Part shown: positions 26,755-36,616 of the stretch, one piece after another | Numbering within the stretch: the first letter of the stretch is position 1 | Layout of the letters: every line of letters starts with the position of its first letter | Source: a virus | Virus record (IMG/VR): IMGVR_UViG_3300029267_002158 | Coordinates: 9,812-73,811 of that record | Length of the DNA: 64,000 nt | Reading direction: 5' to 3' (one strand) | Notes under the pieces: generated by a model | Told to the model about the DNA's origin: nothing | The model's input: only the letters and a program-made list of their open reading frames with translations | The model's database searches: none | Translations under genes and position numbers: made by a program

Positions 26755-27396
26755 ATGGCAGGGACTTATTACACGGTTTCCGCGCCTACGGTAACGGCTG
26801 GTTTCTTTGTGAAGCCGGAGTCTCAAATGCGGATTGGAACAACGAGCTTGTACGGCTCGTTAGACGTTACCTCGTGGGCCTATAGCACTTATGAGGCTTC
26901 CATTGGATTGCAGGCCGGAACAAGTTTCGACGTTGGTCAGGTCGCGGATCTCTCCTGGTCTCACAAGCCGGACTTTGCTGCTGTCGAGGGCTTCAACGTG
27001 GGCGACGACAGCATTTGGGAAGTCCAGGGTGAAGAGACTATGTGCAGCGTCGAGATACAGCAGCTTGATCCACGCTTGTTTGAACTGGCTGTTGGAACGG
27101 GTAGTTATTACTCGCTTGGCCTTGAGAGGTTGATCACGTTTGGTGGCGGTTGCCAGATGAAGAACCGCCCCCTCTCCATCGAGTGGGTCAACGATTCGTG
27201 CAACGCGCCTTCGTCACAGGACGCAAGTTCTGGTATCTCTGGCGGCGTCGTGACGCTTTATGACTGCTTTATCTCTAGCGGCTTAGAGTGGAGCATGAAC
27301 GCTAAAGAGAACAACACTATTTCTCTTGAGTTCCAGGCTAGGCCGGTGCTGGCGAGGTCTCGTGGGAATCGGCTTGGGTCTTATTACATCTATTAG
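26755..27396 (+). CDS. Major tail tube protein
   Basis: Synteny, strong RBS, beta-rich with C-terminal ISLEFQA. Confidence 0.75.
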   Translation: MAGTYYTVSAPTVTAGFFVKPESQMRIGTTSLYGSLDVTSWAYSTYEASIGLQAGTSFDVGQVADLSWSHKPDFAAVEGFNVGDDSIWEVQGEETMCSVEIQQLDPRLFELAVGTGSYYSLGLERLITFGGGCQMKNRPLSIEWVNDSCNAPSSQDASSGISGGVVTLYDCFISSGLEWSMNAKENNTISLEFQARPVLARSRGNRLGSYYIY

Positions 27397-27405
27397 GAGA
27401 TAATT

Positions 27406-27852
27406 ATGCCCAAGAAATGTGAAGTGGAAGTTGGTGGCCGCAGGTGGGAGATCATTCCTCTGAGGGGACTCAAGTCCATCAAGCTCATGCCAAAGGTCAT
27501 CTCTATTGGTAGCGAGCTTTTGTGGGCAGCCAACAATGCAGGTTTCCCACTTGCTGAACTGTTCACCGAGGAACAAGATCTTACCGCTTCTTTTGGTGAT
27601 GTTATCAAGGCGGTCAAGTTTGTTTCCGACACGCTAGGTACGCGGTTCGATGAAATACGCATCGAGATCATTCCGTTTCTCCTGCAACAGGAAACGCAAT
27701 GGTTGCAAGATAACGGGACGCCAAGAGAGATCTTTCTGTCTTTGTGGAAGGCTATCAAGTTTCATGCAGAGACCTCGTTTGGCGAAGAGGTTGTAGAAGC
27801 TCTAAAAAAATCTCTAGCCGCCGAGGAGGGGGAGTCCGAGGCGGAGGACTAG
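27406..27852 (+). CDS. Tail assembly chaperone (G-like)
   Basis: Between tube and tape measure; contains slippery site. Confidence 0.75.
   Translation: MPKKCEVEVGGRRWEIIPLRGLKSIKLMPKVISIGSELLWAANNAGFPLAELFTEEQDLTASFGDVIKAVKFVSDTLGTRFDEIRIEIIPFLLQQETQWLQDNGTPREIFLSLWKAIKFHAETSFGEEVVEALKKSLAAEEGESEAED
27804..27810 (+). other. Programmed -1 frameshift site
   Basis: A AAA AAA heptamer in correct phase; -1 frame open to 28325 (lambda G/GT arrangement). Confidence 0.7.
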
Positions 27853-28325
27853 GGACAGAGCGAAGCATAGCCCTTGTATGTAAGCACTTCAACATGTCAG
27901 CGGCTTACATAGAGAACGAGCTTCCTTGGTCACGTTGGTTGCCATACCTGGTAACAGCCCTTGATTTGGAAGAGCTGTCGAACTACAGGGATTGGTGGAT
28001 GGCGGGCCAGGACCCAAAGAAGTTTACGTGGTTGTCTGATGATAAAGCTGGCACGACATCAAGTAGCGTTAATCACCTTGAGCGCAAGATTATGAAATTT
28101 GCTGCGGAGAAGTTAAAAGCTGCTCCGATAAAGGGTGACATATGGACGCTTGCTAAGCAAAAAGGAATGACGCCAGTATATCGCGTCGAGGATGGAGGCA
28201 AGGTGTTCTATGTCGATGAAACTGGCAAAGAGATTGCGCCCTCGAAGGGTAGCGGATTTATTGGTTCGGCGTCGCTGAAAGAGGCGCACAAAAACAAAGG
28301 TTTCTATATCAGGAAGAGCGGCTAG
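27804..28325 (+). CDS. Tail chaperone frameshift extension (GT-like)
   Basis: -1 frame ORF without a convincing own start. Confidence 0.65.
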   Translation, partial: KKISSRRGGGVRGGGLGTERSIALVCKHFNMSAAYIENELPWSRWLPYLVTALDLEELSNYRDWWMAGQDPKKFTWLSDDKAGTTSSSVNHLERKIMKFAAEKLKAAPIKGDIWTLAKQKGMTPVYRVEDGGKVFYVDETGKEIAPSKGSGFIGSASLKEAHKNKGFYIRKSG

Positions 28326-28330
28326 CTCTT

Positions 28331-28404
28331 CCTCTTTCTTATCTCGCTCTCAACGGGATGTAAGATCCTGGGCGCGTCTCTGCGAGGGCGAGATAAGAAA
28401 AAGG
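28331..28404 (+). promoter_or_regulatory. 21-bp hairpin overlapping the tape-measure RBS
   Basis: CCTCTTTCTTATCTCGCTCTC / GAGGGCGAGATAAGAAAAAGG, one mismatch and one G-U. Confidence 0.6.
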
Positions 28405-28411
28405 GATCTCA

Positions 28412-31400
28412 ATGGCTGAATCGAATGAGGTTTTTCGTTATTCAATTAAGGGTGATGTTGAAGGTGCTGACAAGACTGTTAACACCCTAAACTATGTTGA
28501 GCAAGAAGCAATTGGCTCTGCACAAAACATAGATGAAGGGTTTAGCCGTATTGGTGGCACCTTTGATCGGTTGGATGCAAAGAGTCGAAAAGTGTTGAGC
28601 GGCACACTTGTTGCCAGTTTGAGAAAGGTTAGCAAGAGCGTCGCCGACGTTGTTCTTGGGACGAAAAATTTCAGCACTGAGGTAGAGACGTTCGCTGACG
28701 CCGCAGATCTAATGATGGAGCGCCCTAAGCGCGGCATTATTGATTTTCTGTCAATATTCAGGGTTGGGATGGAGGAGATCAAGACCGAGGGCGGTAACGC
28801 AGCCGGGGCAATCAAGGTCATGGCCTCCGCTGCAAGTGACACTATCGGGCAGATCGACAGACTAAAGGGCGTGGCCTCTGTCTTTGACAAGGTTTCAAGT
28901 TTTGCGAATATCTTTTCTGGTGCATTTGGTCGTATGTCTGGTAGTGCGAATCAGCTTGGGCAGGACCTTAATCGCCTCGTAAGGGTCAATATCCAACTGA
29001 CACAGACCTTTAACCGGCAAGCCGCTGGCTGGAGAATGACGCGACAGGTTGAAAGGCAGGCTATTAGCGGCGCACTGAGAGACATAGAAGAGCTTGGGGA
29101 AGCTGCGGATCTCAAGGACGTGATAGCCGTCTTTGGCAAAATTCCAGAGGCGATCAGGCCAAGTGTAGATGGAATAAGGAATGTAGATGAGGCTATCAAG
29201 CGGGTAAGAACGCAAATTGGTCTGCTTGGCGCGCAGGACAAGCAAATTTCACGCATCACGCAGAAGATGAACACATTTGCCCATTCAGTTGCAGAGACCA
29301 GCACGACCTTGCAATCAACTGGGAAATGGTCTGACAGGCTCGCAGAGAGAAGCCGGCGACACGCAAGGGCAATTGAGGCCGAGTTTAGGGCTGTTCAAAA
29401 GATGGGGGTTCAGATACCTCCTGAGTTGGCAAAGACTTTTGAACAGGTGAGGGATCAATTCGCCCTGGCAGAAAGCAAAGCTAAGAGACTTGGAGTAGAA
29501 GGCAAAAAGACAGGCAACATATTGAAGGATGCTGGAGAAAAAGGGGCTCGCGGATTCAAGGGTCTGAATAAGGTCGTTGATACGACATCGAGTAAGGTGA
29601 AAAACTACTCGCAGTCTACGAGTCAGGCTGCGGACGCCAACAGGATGCTGATGCAGTACGTTCAGCCGCAAGGCATGATGAACACTGGGCTGCAAAGAGT
29701 TGGCTCGAATGTCACAAAAACCTCATCCGCCGCGACTAACCTGTCAGTGTCATTCGGGTCCCTTGTTGGCATGGCGGGTATGCTTGGCGGGACACTGGGG
29801 CAAATGAACCCCGCCTTCTCCGCTGTACTGGTCGGTGTTTCACAGATGGCTGACCAGTTTGTCCGCTCTTTCACCGCTATGATGTCTATCTCCGGCACCG
29901 GCGCGCAAAAAGTCAAAGCGGCTATGGGCGTCATCTCCAGTTCCTTTATGGGTTTTGGAATGATGGCAATGGGCGCTATGGTCAAGATGGGGATGGCCGG
30001 CGCTGAGGTGAAAACACTTGAGATCACGCTCAGGCAGATAGCAAAGAACCTAGGTAAGGAAGCCGGCGTGAACATAGACAAGTTCTCGGATCATGTAATG
30101 GGTTTGCGTGACGAGATTGTCGCCACTGGTATTACAACGCGAGAGGCAACAAACGCTCTCTCGCAATTCTTGCGCGCCAAGTTGCCCATTGGCCGCGTCA
30201 GCGAGCTCGCTGACGCGGCAAAGAACTTGGGCGTGACTGTTGCCAACATGAGTTCTTCTGAGGTTTTTGGTCGATTTATTCAGTTTATTCAGACTGGAAA
30301 CTCCGCGCTACTTGACGCCATTGGTGTTGCCAAAAACGCATCAGTTATGATGCGAGAGTATGGCAAGGAGATTGGCAAGGGTGCAAACCAACTAACAACA
30401 ATGGAGAAACAGCAAGCGCTTATCAATGGCATTATTGCAGAGACGGCCACAGTGCAGGGTGTTTACAACGAGTCGATGAAAACAGCCGGCAAGCAATTGT
30501 CGTCTATGAAGCGTCTGTTCGAGGAGTCTATTCTGACACTTGGCCGGCGATTCGAGCCCACGCTGGCCTTGATTATCACGGCGATGAACAAGGTGCTCAA
30601 AGCGTTTACTAACCTCGCCCCGGAGGTTCATGACAGCATCGCTAATTTCATAAAGTGGACTGCCGTTGTCGGTATCAGCACCGGAGCCGCACTGAAGCTG
30701 GTGCCCGCACTGAAGTCATTGATGACGCTTTTCGTAAAGATGGGCACAAAGATGCTAACGGCGTCGCCGCAAATATTAGCAATCGCCCTGGCGATAGGGG
30801 CAATCGTCGCTGTTGTCAAGGGGTTTAAAACGCTCTGGGATCAGAACTTTGGCGGCATAAAAGATTCCGTAATGGAGTTGGTTAATGTCGTCAAGCTAGG
30901 GCTTGGTCCTATTATTGCCGATATTCGTTATTGGATTGGTCAGATAGGCGATAGGTTCAAGATTATCGTGCGCGAGATCACGGATGGTCTCAAGGTTGTC
31001 GTGGGGTTCATAGCCGGAGCCCTGGACGGAACAAAGTCCAAGTTCGGGAGCGTATTTAGCAACATACGCGACCTCGTGAATGGATTCATGAGGGTAGTTC
31101 ACGGCGCTGTCACTATTATCACGCAGCTTCTCCAGGGCGACGCTGACGCAGCGTTTCGCACCCTGGAAAGAGTTGTCTCTGACGTCTTAACACAGGTAGG
31201 CTTCTTTTTTGAGAACTTTGTTGCCAAAGCTGCTACCTGGGGATGGAATCTAATCGTAGGCTTTGCAAACAACATGCAAAGGGCGGCAAGCTCAGTTGTT
31301 GCAAAGGTTATGAGTTATATCGGCAGTCTCATTGGCCGATTCATCAAGCCTGGCTCGCCGCCAAAGGAAGGCCCTCTTTCGCACATTGCGGAATGGGGAC

Positions 31401-33304
31401 AGGGTGTTATGGACACCTATTTGCGAGCATTTGGAACGGCAGACTTTGGCATGCTACGCGATATTATGGCTCCCATTCAAAAATCTCTACAGGACGCCTT
31501 TGCCGCCGGCACAATTGGAGAAAAAGAAATTGTGCCTCGCGTCAAGGCTGTGCGCGAGAACGTGGCAGCTCTTCTTGCAGATCTTCGCAAGACGGGAGAG
31601 CTGAACGAGGGAATCATGGATTCCATCTCCGAGAAGCTTGGGGTCGGCGGCAAGGACATTGTAGAGTATATTCGTCGCCTGGGTGCTCACCAGAGGGCGA
31701 TGAAAAACCTAAGTGAGGCACAAGGCGAATATGCCGAGGCCGAGGCCACAGGCTTTGTGACGAAAGAGGTAAAGGACAGGTTAGCGGCTGCTGAGGAAGA
31801 GGTAGACGCGACAAAGGACGCTGTGAGTTGGCAAAAAGAATACATGGCCGCCCAGCAAGACACGATGGATCTGCAAGTCAAGCAGCTCAAACTCTTAGAG
31901 CGCATGGCAAAGGCCCTGGAGAGCGCTGCTAAAGCGGCTGCTGACGGGCTTGTACCAGAGACGGAATACGAGCTTGACTTCGAGGAGAAGGGGGAGGAGG
32001 AAAAGAAGAGCCTCTTTGATGACCTGGTTGGTGAAAAAGAGGTGCTGGGCGGAGTATCAAAAGAGTGGTCTGATATGAAGGCCAAAGTTGATGACGCCAT
32101 CGCCTCGGTGAAAGAGTGGTTTGAGCTCCCCTGGAGGGATAAGCTAATATCCATTTCCGGCTGGATCAAGGACATCACCGGCATAGATCTTGAACAGTGG
32201 TGGAAAGACAACAAGCAGGCAGTCGAGGATTTTATTGAAGCCAATTTCGTGCAGTGGTGGGAAGATTTTAAGGATCAGATTAACGAGTCTTGGGAGAACG
32301 TTAAGCCGTCTTTCGACAAAATGAAGGAAATGTTTGAGGAGATTAAGAAAGCGTTTGGCGACGCTACGGGCAGAGGAATTGACTTCAAGGCTATACTTGA
32401 TGTAGTATTCAAGGCTGTAAACACCGTCTTTATGGTCATATGGAAAGTCATAAGCGGCATTTTGATGGGTGTCGCCAAAGCTTTTGACAATGTGATTGCC
32501 GCAATTGCCAACATCTGGACAGTATTTCAGAGCGGTATTCAGATGATAATTCTCCTGTTCCAGGGAGACATGGACGGAGCAAGGGAAAAAGCAGAAGAAG
32601 TCTTGACGGCTCTTAAAGACTACTTCGTGAATATGTTTACTGCAATAGCGGACCTGATCACAGGGTTCCTGGATGAGACGTTCCCCGGATTAACGGATGC
32701 TATCTCGCAATTTTTCGTCGATCTCGTAATATGGTGGAACGATACAAAGGAGACTGTCACTGAAGCATGGGTTCTGTTTTGGGACGAGTTGATTACAAAG
32801 GCGGTCACGACAGTGACTTCCATTGTCGATACTGTGACAGGCGTCACGGACACATTGACTGAGTGGGTCGGTGGTCTAGTTGACGTTGGAACCGCGATTG
32901 TAGACAACATATGGAAGGGTGTTACCGATGCTTGGGAAGGATTCAAGTCCAACCTCTCTGGCAAATGGGAAGAGGTCAAGGCTATGCTTCCTTTCTCTGA
33001 GCCACACGATAAGTCTTCACCCCTGTACGGTCTTGGCAAGTCCGGTGCCGCTATCTTGCAGAATATCATGGACGGCATGGGTGATGTTGACTTAACCGGC
33101 CAGTTCTCTGCTCAGTTAGAGAGCATGAGAGCGCAGATTGCAGGTTCGTCCATCACGAACACTTACGGAAGAACGATGAATTTCAATAACGGTGCGTTTT
33201 CTGGCGCATTCCCAAATGTAACACAGCAGCAAGACGCGGCAGGGTTAATGGAAACGTTTCGTTCGTATATTGATGACGCAGATACAATGAGGAGAGGGCG
33301 TTAA
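28412..33304 (+). CDS. Tape measure protein
   Basis: 1630 aa, helical, periodic aromatic repeats, follows chaperones. Confidence 0.95.
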   Translation: MAESNEVFRYSIKGDVEGADKTVNTLNYVEQEAIGSAQNIDEGFSRIGGTFDRLDAKSRKVLSGTLVASLRKVSKSVADVVLGTKNFSTEVETFADAADLMMERPKRGIIDFLSIFRVGMEEIKTEGGNAAGAIKVMASAASDTIGQIDRLKGVASVFDKVSSFANIFSGAFGRMSGSANQLGQDLNRLVRVNIQLTQTFNRQAAGWRMTRQVERQAISGALRDIEELGEAADLKDVIAVFGKIPEAIRPSVDGIRNVDEAIKRVRTQIGLLGAQDKQISRITQKMNTFAHSVAETSTTLQSTGKWSDRLAERSRRHARAIEAEFRAVQKMGVQIPPELAKTFEQVRDQFALAESKAKRLGVEGKKTGNILKDAGEKGARGFKGLNKVVDTTSSKVKNYSQSTSQAADANRMLMQYVQPQGMMNTGLQRVGSNVTKTSSAATNLSVSFGSLVGMAGMLGGTLGQMNPAFSAVLVGVSQMADQFVRSFTAMMSISGTGAQKVKAAMGVISSSFMGFGMMAMGAMVKMGMAGAEVKTLEITLRQIAKNLGKEAGVNIDKFSDHVMGLRDEIVATGITTREATNALSQFLRAKLPIGRVSELADAAKNLGVTVANMSSSEVFGRFIQFIQTGNSALLDAIGVAKNASVMMREYGKEIGKGANQLTTMEKQQALINGIIAETATVQGVYNESMKTAGKQLSSMKRLFEESILTLGRRFEPTLALIITAMNKVLKAFTNLAPEVHDSIANFIKWTAVVGISTGAALKLVPALKSLMTLFVKMGTKMLTASPQILAIALAIGAIVAVVKGFKTLWDQNFGGIKDSVMELVNVVKLGLGPIIADIRYWIGQIGDRFKIIVREITDGLKVVVGFIAGALDGTKSKFGSVFSNIRDLVNGFMRVVHGAVTIITQLLQGDADAAFRTLERVVSDVLTQVGFFFENFVAKAATWGWNLIVGFANNMQRAASSVVAKVMSYIGSLIGRFIKPGSPPKEGPLSHIAEWGQGVMDTYLRAFGTADFGMLRDIMAPIQKSLQDAFAAGTIGEKEIVPRVKAVRENVAALLADLRKTGELNEGIMDSISEKLGVGGKDIVEYIRRLGAHQRAMKNLSEAQGEYAEAEATGFVTKEVKDRLAAAEEEVDATKDAVSWQKEYMAAQQDTMDLQVKQLKLLERMAKALESAAKAAADGLVPETEYELDFEEKGEEEKKSLFDDLVGEKEVLGGVSKEWSDMKAKVDDAIASVKEWFELPWRDKLISISGWIKDITGIDLEQWWKDNKQAVEDFIEANFVQWWEDFKDQINESWENVKPSFDKMKEMFEEIKKAFGDATGRGIDFKAILDVVFKAVNTVFMVIWKVISGILMGVAKAFDNVIAAIANIWTVFQSGIQMIILLFQGDMDGAREKAEEVLTALKDYFVNMFTAIADLITGFLDETFPGLTDAISQFFVDLVIWWNDTKETVTEAWVLFWDELITKAVTTVTSIVDTVTGVTDTLTEWVGGLVDVGTAIVDNIWKGVTDAWEGFKSNLSGKWEEVKAMLPFSEPHDKSSPLYGLGKSGAAILQNIMDGMGDVDLTGQFSAQLESMRAQIAGSSITNTYGRTMNFNNGAFSGAFPNVTQQQDAAGLMETFRSYIDDADTMRRGR

Positions 33305-35799
33305 TGGCTACAACGTTTGAGCTTCAACCGGACGATTACGCGAATATAACTTTCTACGCAATCACGCCGGAGGGGCCGGAGAGCACATCTCTGAATAACT
33401 ACGAGTACTCTCTGGCGTCCTTGACGTTTAACGAGGAACAGCGTGTTCAGGTTGAATACGCTCAGTATCAATATCGAGAGGGCGGGGAAGCCAAGAGGCT
33501 TCGCTATCCCCTCGTTCCTGTTACGTTTACCGGTCGCGTCATCGGTCTTGGCGCAACTGCTGAATTGCGACACCAGGATCTTCTCGCTAAAAGCAGCGCC
33601 TTGATGCGAGCGGTGTACAATTCAGACGGCTACATCAGATATAAGCCTGACGGCCTGGCGGCTGGTGTTCGGGACACGTACTATCACTACATTCAATCAA
33701 GTCCGCCAAAACCAGCGCCGGGGGAGTATTGGTGCCGCCCAAAGGCTTCGTTCTCATCCACAAGCTATATTGATGGCATTCCAACCAGGTCGTTCAGTAT
33801 CTCTCTGATGACTAAGCCGATTGCTACGTCAGATCCCACCTCTCCCATTCAGGTCTTGTCAGCGACAACACTGGACAACATCAATGACGGGACAGGTGAT
33901 TACGTGACGATAACAAACGCGACAATCGATGGTGATATGCCCGCCCTGACGCGCATTGTGGCGCAGCCTCTGACCTCTGATATTGGCAAGCTGTGGTTGG
34001 CAAAAAGAACAAGCGGGCTGGCAAATTTTACTGCAACGTACCTCACATCCGCAGCGCAATCGCCCAGTGCTGTGTGGGGCACTGAGGTTGACGCCGGCAG
34101 GTGTGGCGGATCTTATTACCGTTGCACGCCAATACTTAACAATGTGATGTATGCTCGTCGATACACCATATCTAATTGGCAAGACCACAAAGGTCGCGCC
34201 GCAGTTATGGTTATCGCAAGAAGCAATGAGGCTCAGGCTGGTGATTTTTATGTATACTACCGGTGGCCGATTGCCAACTATCCATTAACTGGCGAGGCGA
34301 AACAACTTACCCAGGAGAATGCTTGGGAGCCCCTTATACTAGGCGAGATCGATCTCCCTGAAACGGAAATATCTAGTCAAGAAGACCTTGATCTGTACAT
34401 TGACATTTGCGTGGAGAGAAAGGCTGGTTCTGGAACTCTGGATTTGGATTGCATGAAGCTGTTGTTTACCGACGAGGCTGCTATTCAAGTTAGTGTTCCA
34501 GGGACGGACGGGGCAGAGACAACGCATGAGTTTTTCCTTGAGAACTTTAACGAAGAGATAGCGCATATCAACACCCACGCAGACGACAAGTTGGCATATA
34601 TCGGCAATGCGTATGGTGATTTTTTGACCCTTGAACCTGATTCTGACAATCGTATTGACGTAGTCTGGCAGAGGTCGTACACGTATTTCTACGACGACTT
34701 CACAGGGCACGGGGATTATTGGGAAGGGATAGCGGCGTGCGAGAGCGACGAGGCGTGGACAGGTGATGTGTCTTTTGGTTCAGGGTATCAGGTCATGGAG
34801 GGGGACCACAATCTTGAGATAGGCACAGCGACGTCGTCGTTAACATTCGCCTCCGCTTTGGACCTGTCCAGATTCTCAACGGGTGATTTTCTAAGATTCT
34901 ACACATCATACTTTGGAGCAGGGACAATACGGCTGTACTCATCTGACGCTAATTATTATGAGCACTCTTGGAATGATGGCGACGATGATTCAAGATATAG
35001 ATATGTCAAAATAAGCGATATGTCCGCAGTTGGCTCTCCGAGTCTAGGAGGTATAACGAAGGTTGAGGTTGTTGGCGACGGGATCTCAGCAACAATAGAC
35101 GACATACGAATTGTGTCTACCGACCCAAATGCTGCCACAAAGCCAAATGGCACAGGTGGTGCGTGGAGATACTTTGACGCGATGTGGGCCGTCCTGGACC
35201 AGGGCGCCGTAGCGAAGAGGTTCAGGGCTGAAGTAAAAAATGATGGTGTTGCCTTGATAAACCAGTCTCTAGGAACGGATGTGCAAGTAAAGGTCAAGGT
35301 GAGCGGCCTTGGAGTGTCACGGTCAAAGGTGGGTATTGTTTTCAGGTCGCGGTTTGTTGCGACACAGGATGAAGCCGATTACTATTTGTTCTCAACGGAT
35401 CAATTTGCTGGTTCGGGGAACCACGGGCAATATGCCCTGACGGCATATGCTCTTGGAGTACCTGATGTAAGGGCTACACTGGATAGAACAAGGGACATTT
35501 CAGGTGATTTGTGGATGGGTGTAAAGACGTCCGGAACAAACATTCAGTGCTTTGCAAGTGCTGAAGAAACAAGTTTGTGGGAAGAGGCTAATAGGATTTT
35601 TAACGCAACTAATCTAACGCACTTGGTTGGAACAAGGGTGGGGCTGTATAATAGGGTTTATCATACCGCAAGGACGAATGACGAGGCATTTGATTCCATC
35701 GAAGTGATTGGCAACTCAGATCTTCATGTTCCGACTGATGAGATTCAGTTATCAGCATACGCATTATTCCGCACAATCTATCCATTCCACGAGGCTTAA
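33304..35799 (+). CDS. Distal tail (Dit-like) protein with inserted beta-sandwich domains
   Basis: Directly after TMP; TKPIA and IDGDMPA motifs; acidic aromatic-rich inserts. Confidence 0.7.
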   Translation: MATTFELQPDDYANITFYAITPEGPESTSLNNYEYSLASLTFNEEQRVQVEYAQYQYREGGEAKRLRYPLVPVTFTGRVIGLGATAELRHQDLLAKSSALMRAVYNSDGYIRYKPDGLAAGVRDTYYHYIQSSPPKPAPGEYWCRPKASFSSTSYIDGIPTRSFSISLMTKPIATSDPTSPIQVLSATTLDNINDGTGDYVTITNATIDGDMPALTRIVAQPLTSDIGKLWLAKRTSGLANFTATYLTSAAQSPSAVWGTEVDAGRCGGSYYRCTPILNNVMYARRYTISNWQDHKGRAAVMVIARSNEAQAGDFYVYYRWPIANYPLTGEAKQLTQENAWEPLILGEIDLPETEISSQEDLDLYIDICVERKAGSGTLDLDCMKLLFTDEAAIQVSVPGTDGAETTHEFFLENFNEEIAHINTHADDKLAYIGNAYGDFLTLEPDSDNRIDVVWQRSYTYFYDDFTGHGDYWEGIAACESDEAWTGDVSFGSGYQVMEGDHNLEIGTATSSLTFASALDLSRFSTGDFLRFYTSYFGAGTIRLYSSDANYYEHSWNDGDDDSRYRYVKISDMSAVGSPSLGGITKVEVVGDGISATIDDIRIVSTDPNAATKPNGTGGAWRYFDAMWAVLDQGAVAKRFRAEVKNDGVALINQSLGTDVQVKVKVSGLGVSRSKVGIVFRSRFVATQDEADYYLFSTDQFAGSGNHGQYALTAYALGVPDVRATLDRTRDISGDLWMGVKTSGTNIQCFASAEETSLWEEANRIFNATNLTHLVGTRVGLYNRVYHTARTNDEAFDSIEVIGNSDLHVPTDEIQLSAYALFRTIYPFHEA

Positions 35800-35800
35800 A

Positions 35801-36073
35801 ATGGGAAAACCAGAAGACAACCAACGTAGGATCTCAGAGCTTGAAGCCGAGATGCAGCGCCTTCGCAAGCGTATAGAACAAATGCTGTCTCGCAAAGGCG
35901 GGCGCGTAGAAGGCCAGGTTCACCTGGAGGGATGGCTTCAATTCGAGTCGCAGAGCCAGGCGACAGATCCGTCTGGCGGCTCTGTCAGGTTACAGGTTAT
36001 TACCACTGGCAGCAAGTTACAGCTTGTTGCTATTTACCCGTCCGGTTTAACAGAAATAATCAGTCAAGGATGA
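35801..36073 (+). CDS. Small tail-associated hypothetical protein
   Basis: Coiled coil followed by beta segment; ATG 2 nt after upstream stop. Confidence 0.6.
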   Translation: MGKPEDNQRRISELEAEMQRLRKRIEQMLSRKGGRVEGQVHLEGWLQFESQSQATDPSGGSVRLQVITTGSKLQLVAIYPSGLTEIISQG

Positions 36074-36076
36074 TTT

Positions 36077-36616
36077 ATGGAAATCATAATGGAGCTTGCT
36101 GATAAATACGGATGGATCATTGCAACATCCATATTTATTATTTACTCACAGAGGGAAAGAGTTGGGTTTGCGATAGAGAGGTGGTTTGGCATTAGCATTA
36201 AGGCCAAAGAGTCAGAAGATAGGTTTGAAAACGCATTGCGCGAGAAGGCTCTGCAAAACGGGGATTACAGCAAGGAGCTAGTTAGGAAGCTGTTCGCCAA
36301 AGCCGAAGACGAGACCGCTGAGAGGCGGACAAAAGACAAAATGCTATATGACCAAACACGAAGCACGGAGGTCCTTGCGTCGAAGGCCATAGAAGTGATG
36401 CAGGACTTCGCCAGCGTTGCCAGGAGCCAGGCGGACAGAAACGCATTACAATGGAAAGAGGTGTCAAGTGCAATATCAAAATTAAATAGCACGATGGAGG
36501 GAATTGGATTCCTTCTTGCCCAGGACAGTATCATGAAAAAGCAAGGACTTAACTTTGATGTAGTGAGTCAAGCCATCGGAAAAGGAGCCCAAGATGGAGA
36601 TATACATACTGACTGA
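36077..36616 (+). CDS. Single-TM coiled-coil protein, possible holin-like
   Basis: KYGWIIATSIFIIY TM followed by coiled coil. Confidence 0.45.
   Translation: MEIIMELADKYGWIIATSIFIIYSQRERVGFAIERWFGISIKAKESEDRFENALREKALQNGDYSKELVRKLFAKAEDETAERRTKDKMLYDQTRSTEVLASKAIEVMQDFASVARSQADRNALQWKEVSSAISKLNSTMEGIGFLLAQDSIMKKQGLNFDVVSQAIGKGAQDGDIHTD

Noticed and set aside
25369-28325. Contractile (Mu-like) tail, suggested by the Mu-type portal and protease
   Set aside because: No sheath or baseplate wedge genes recognised
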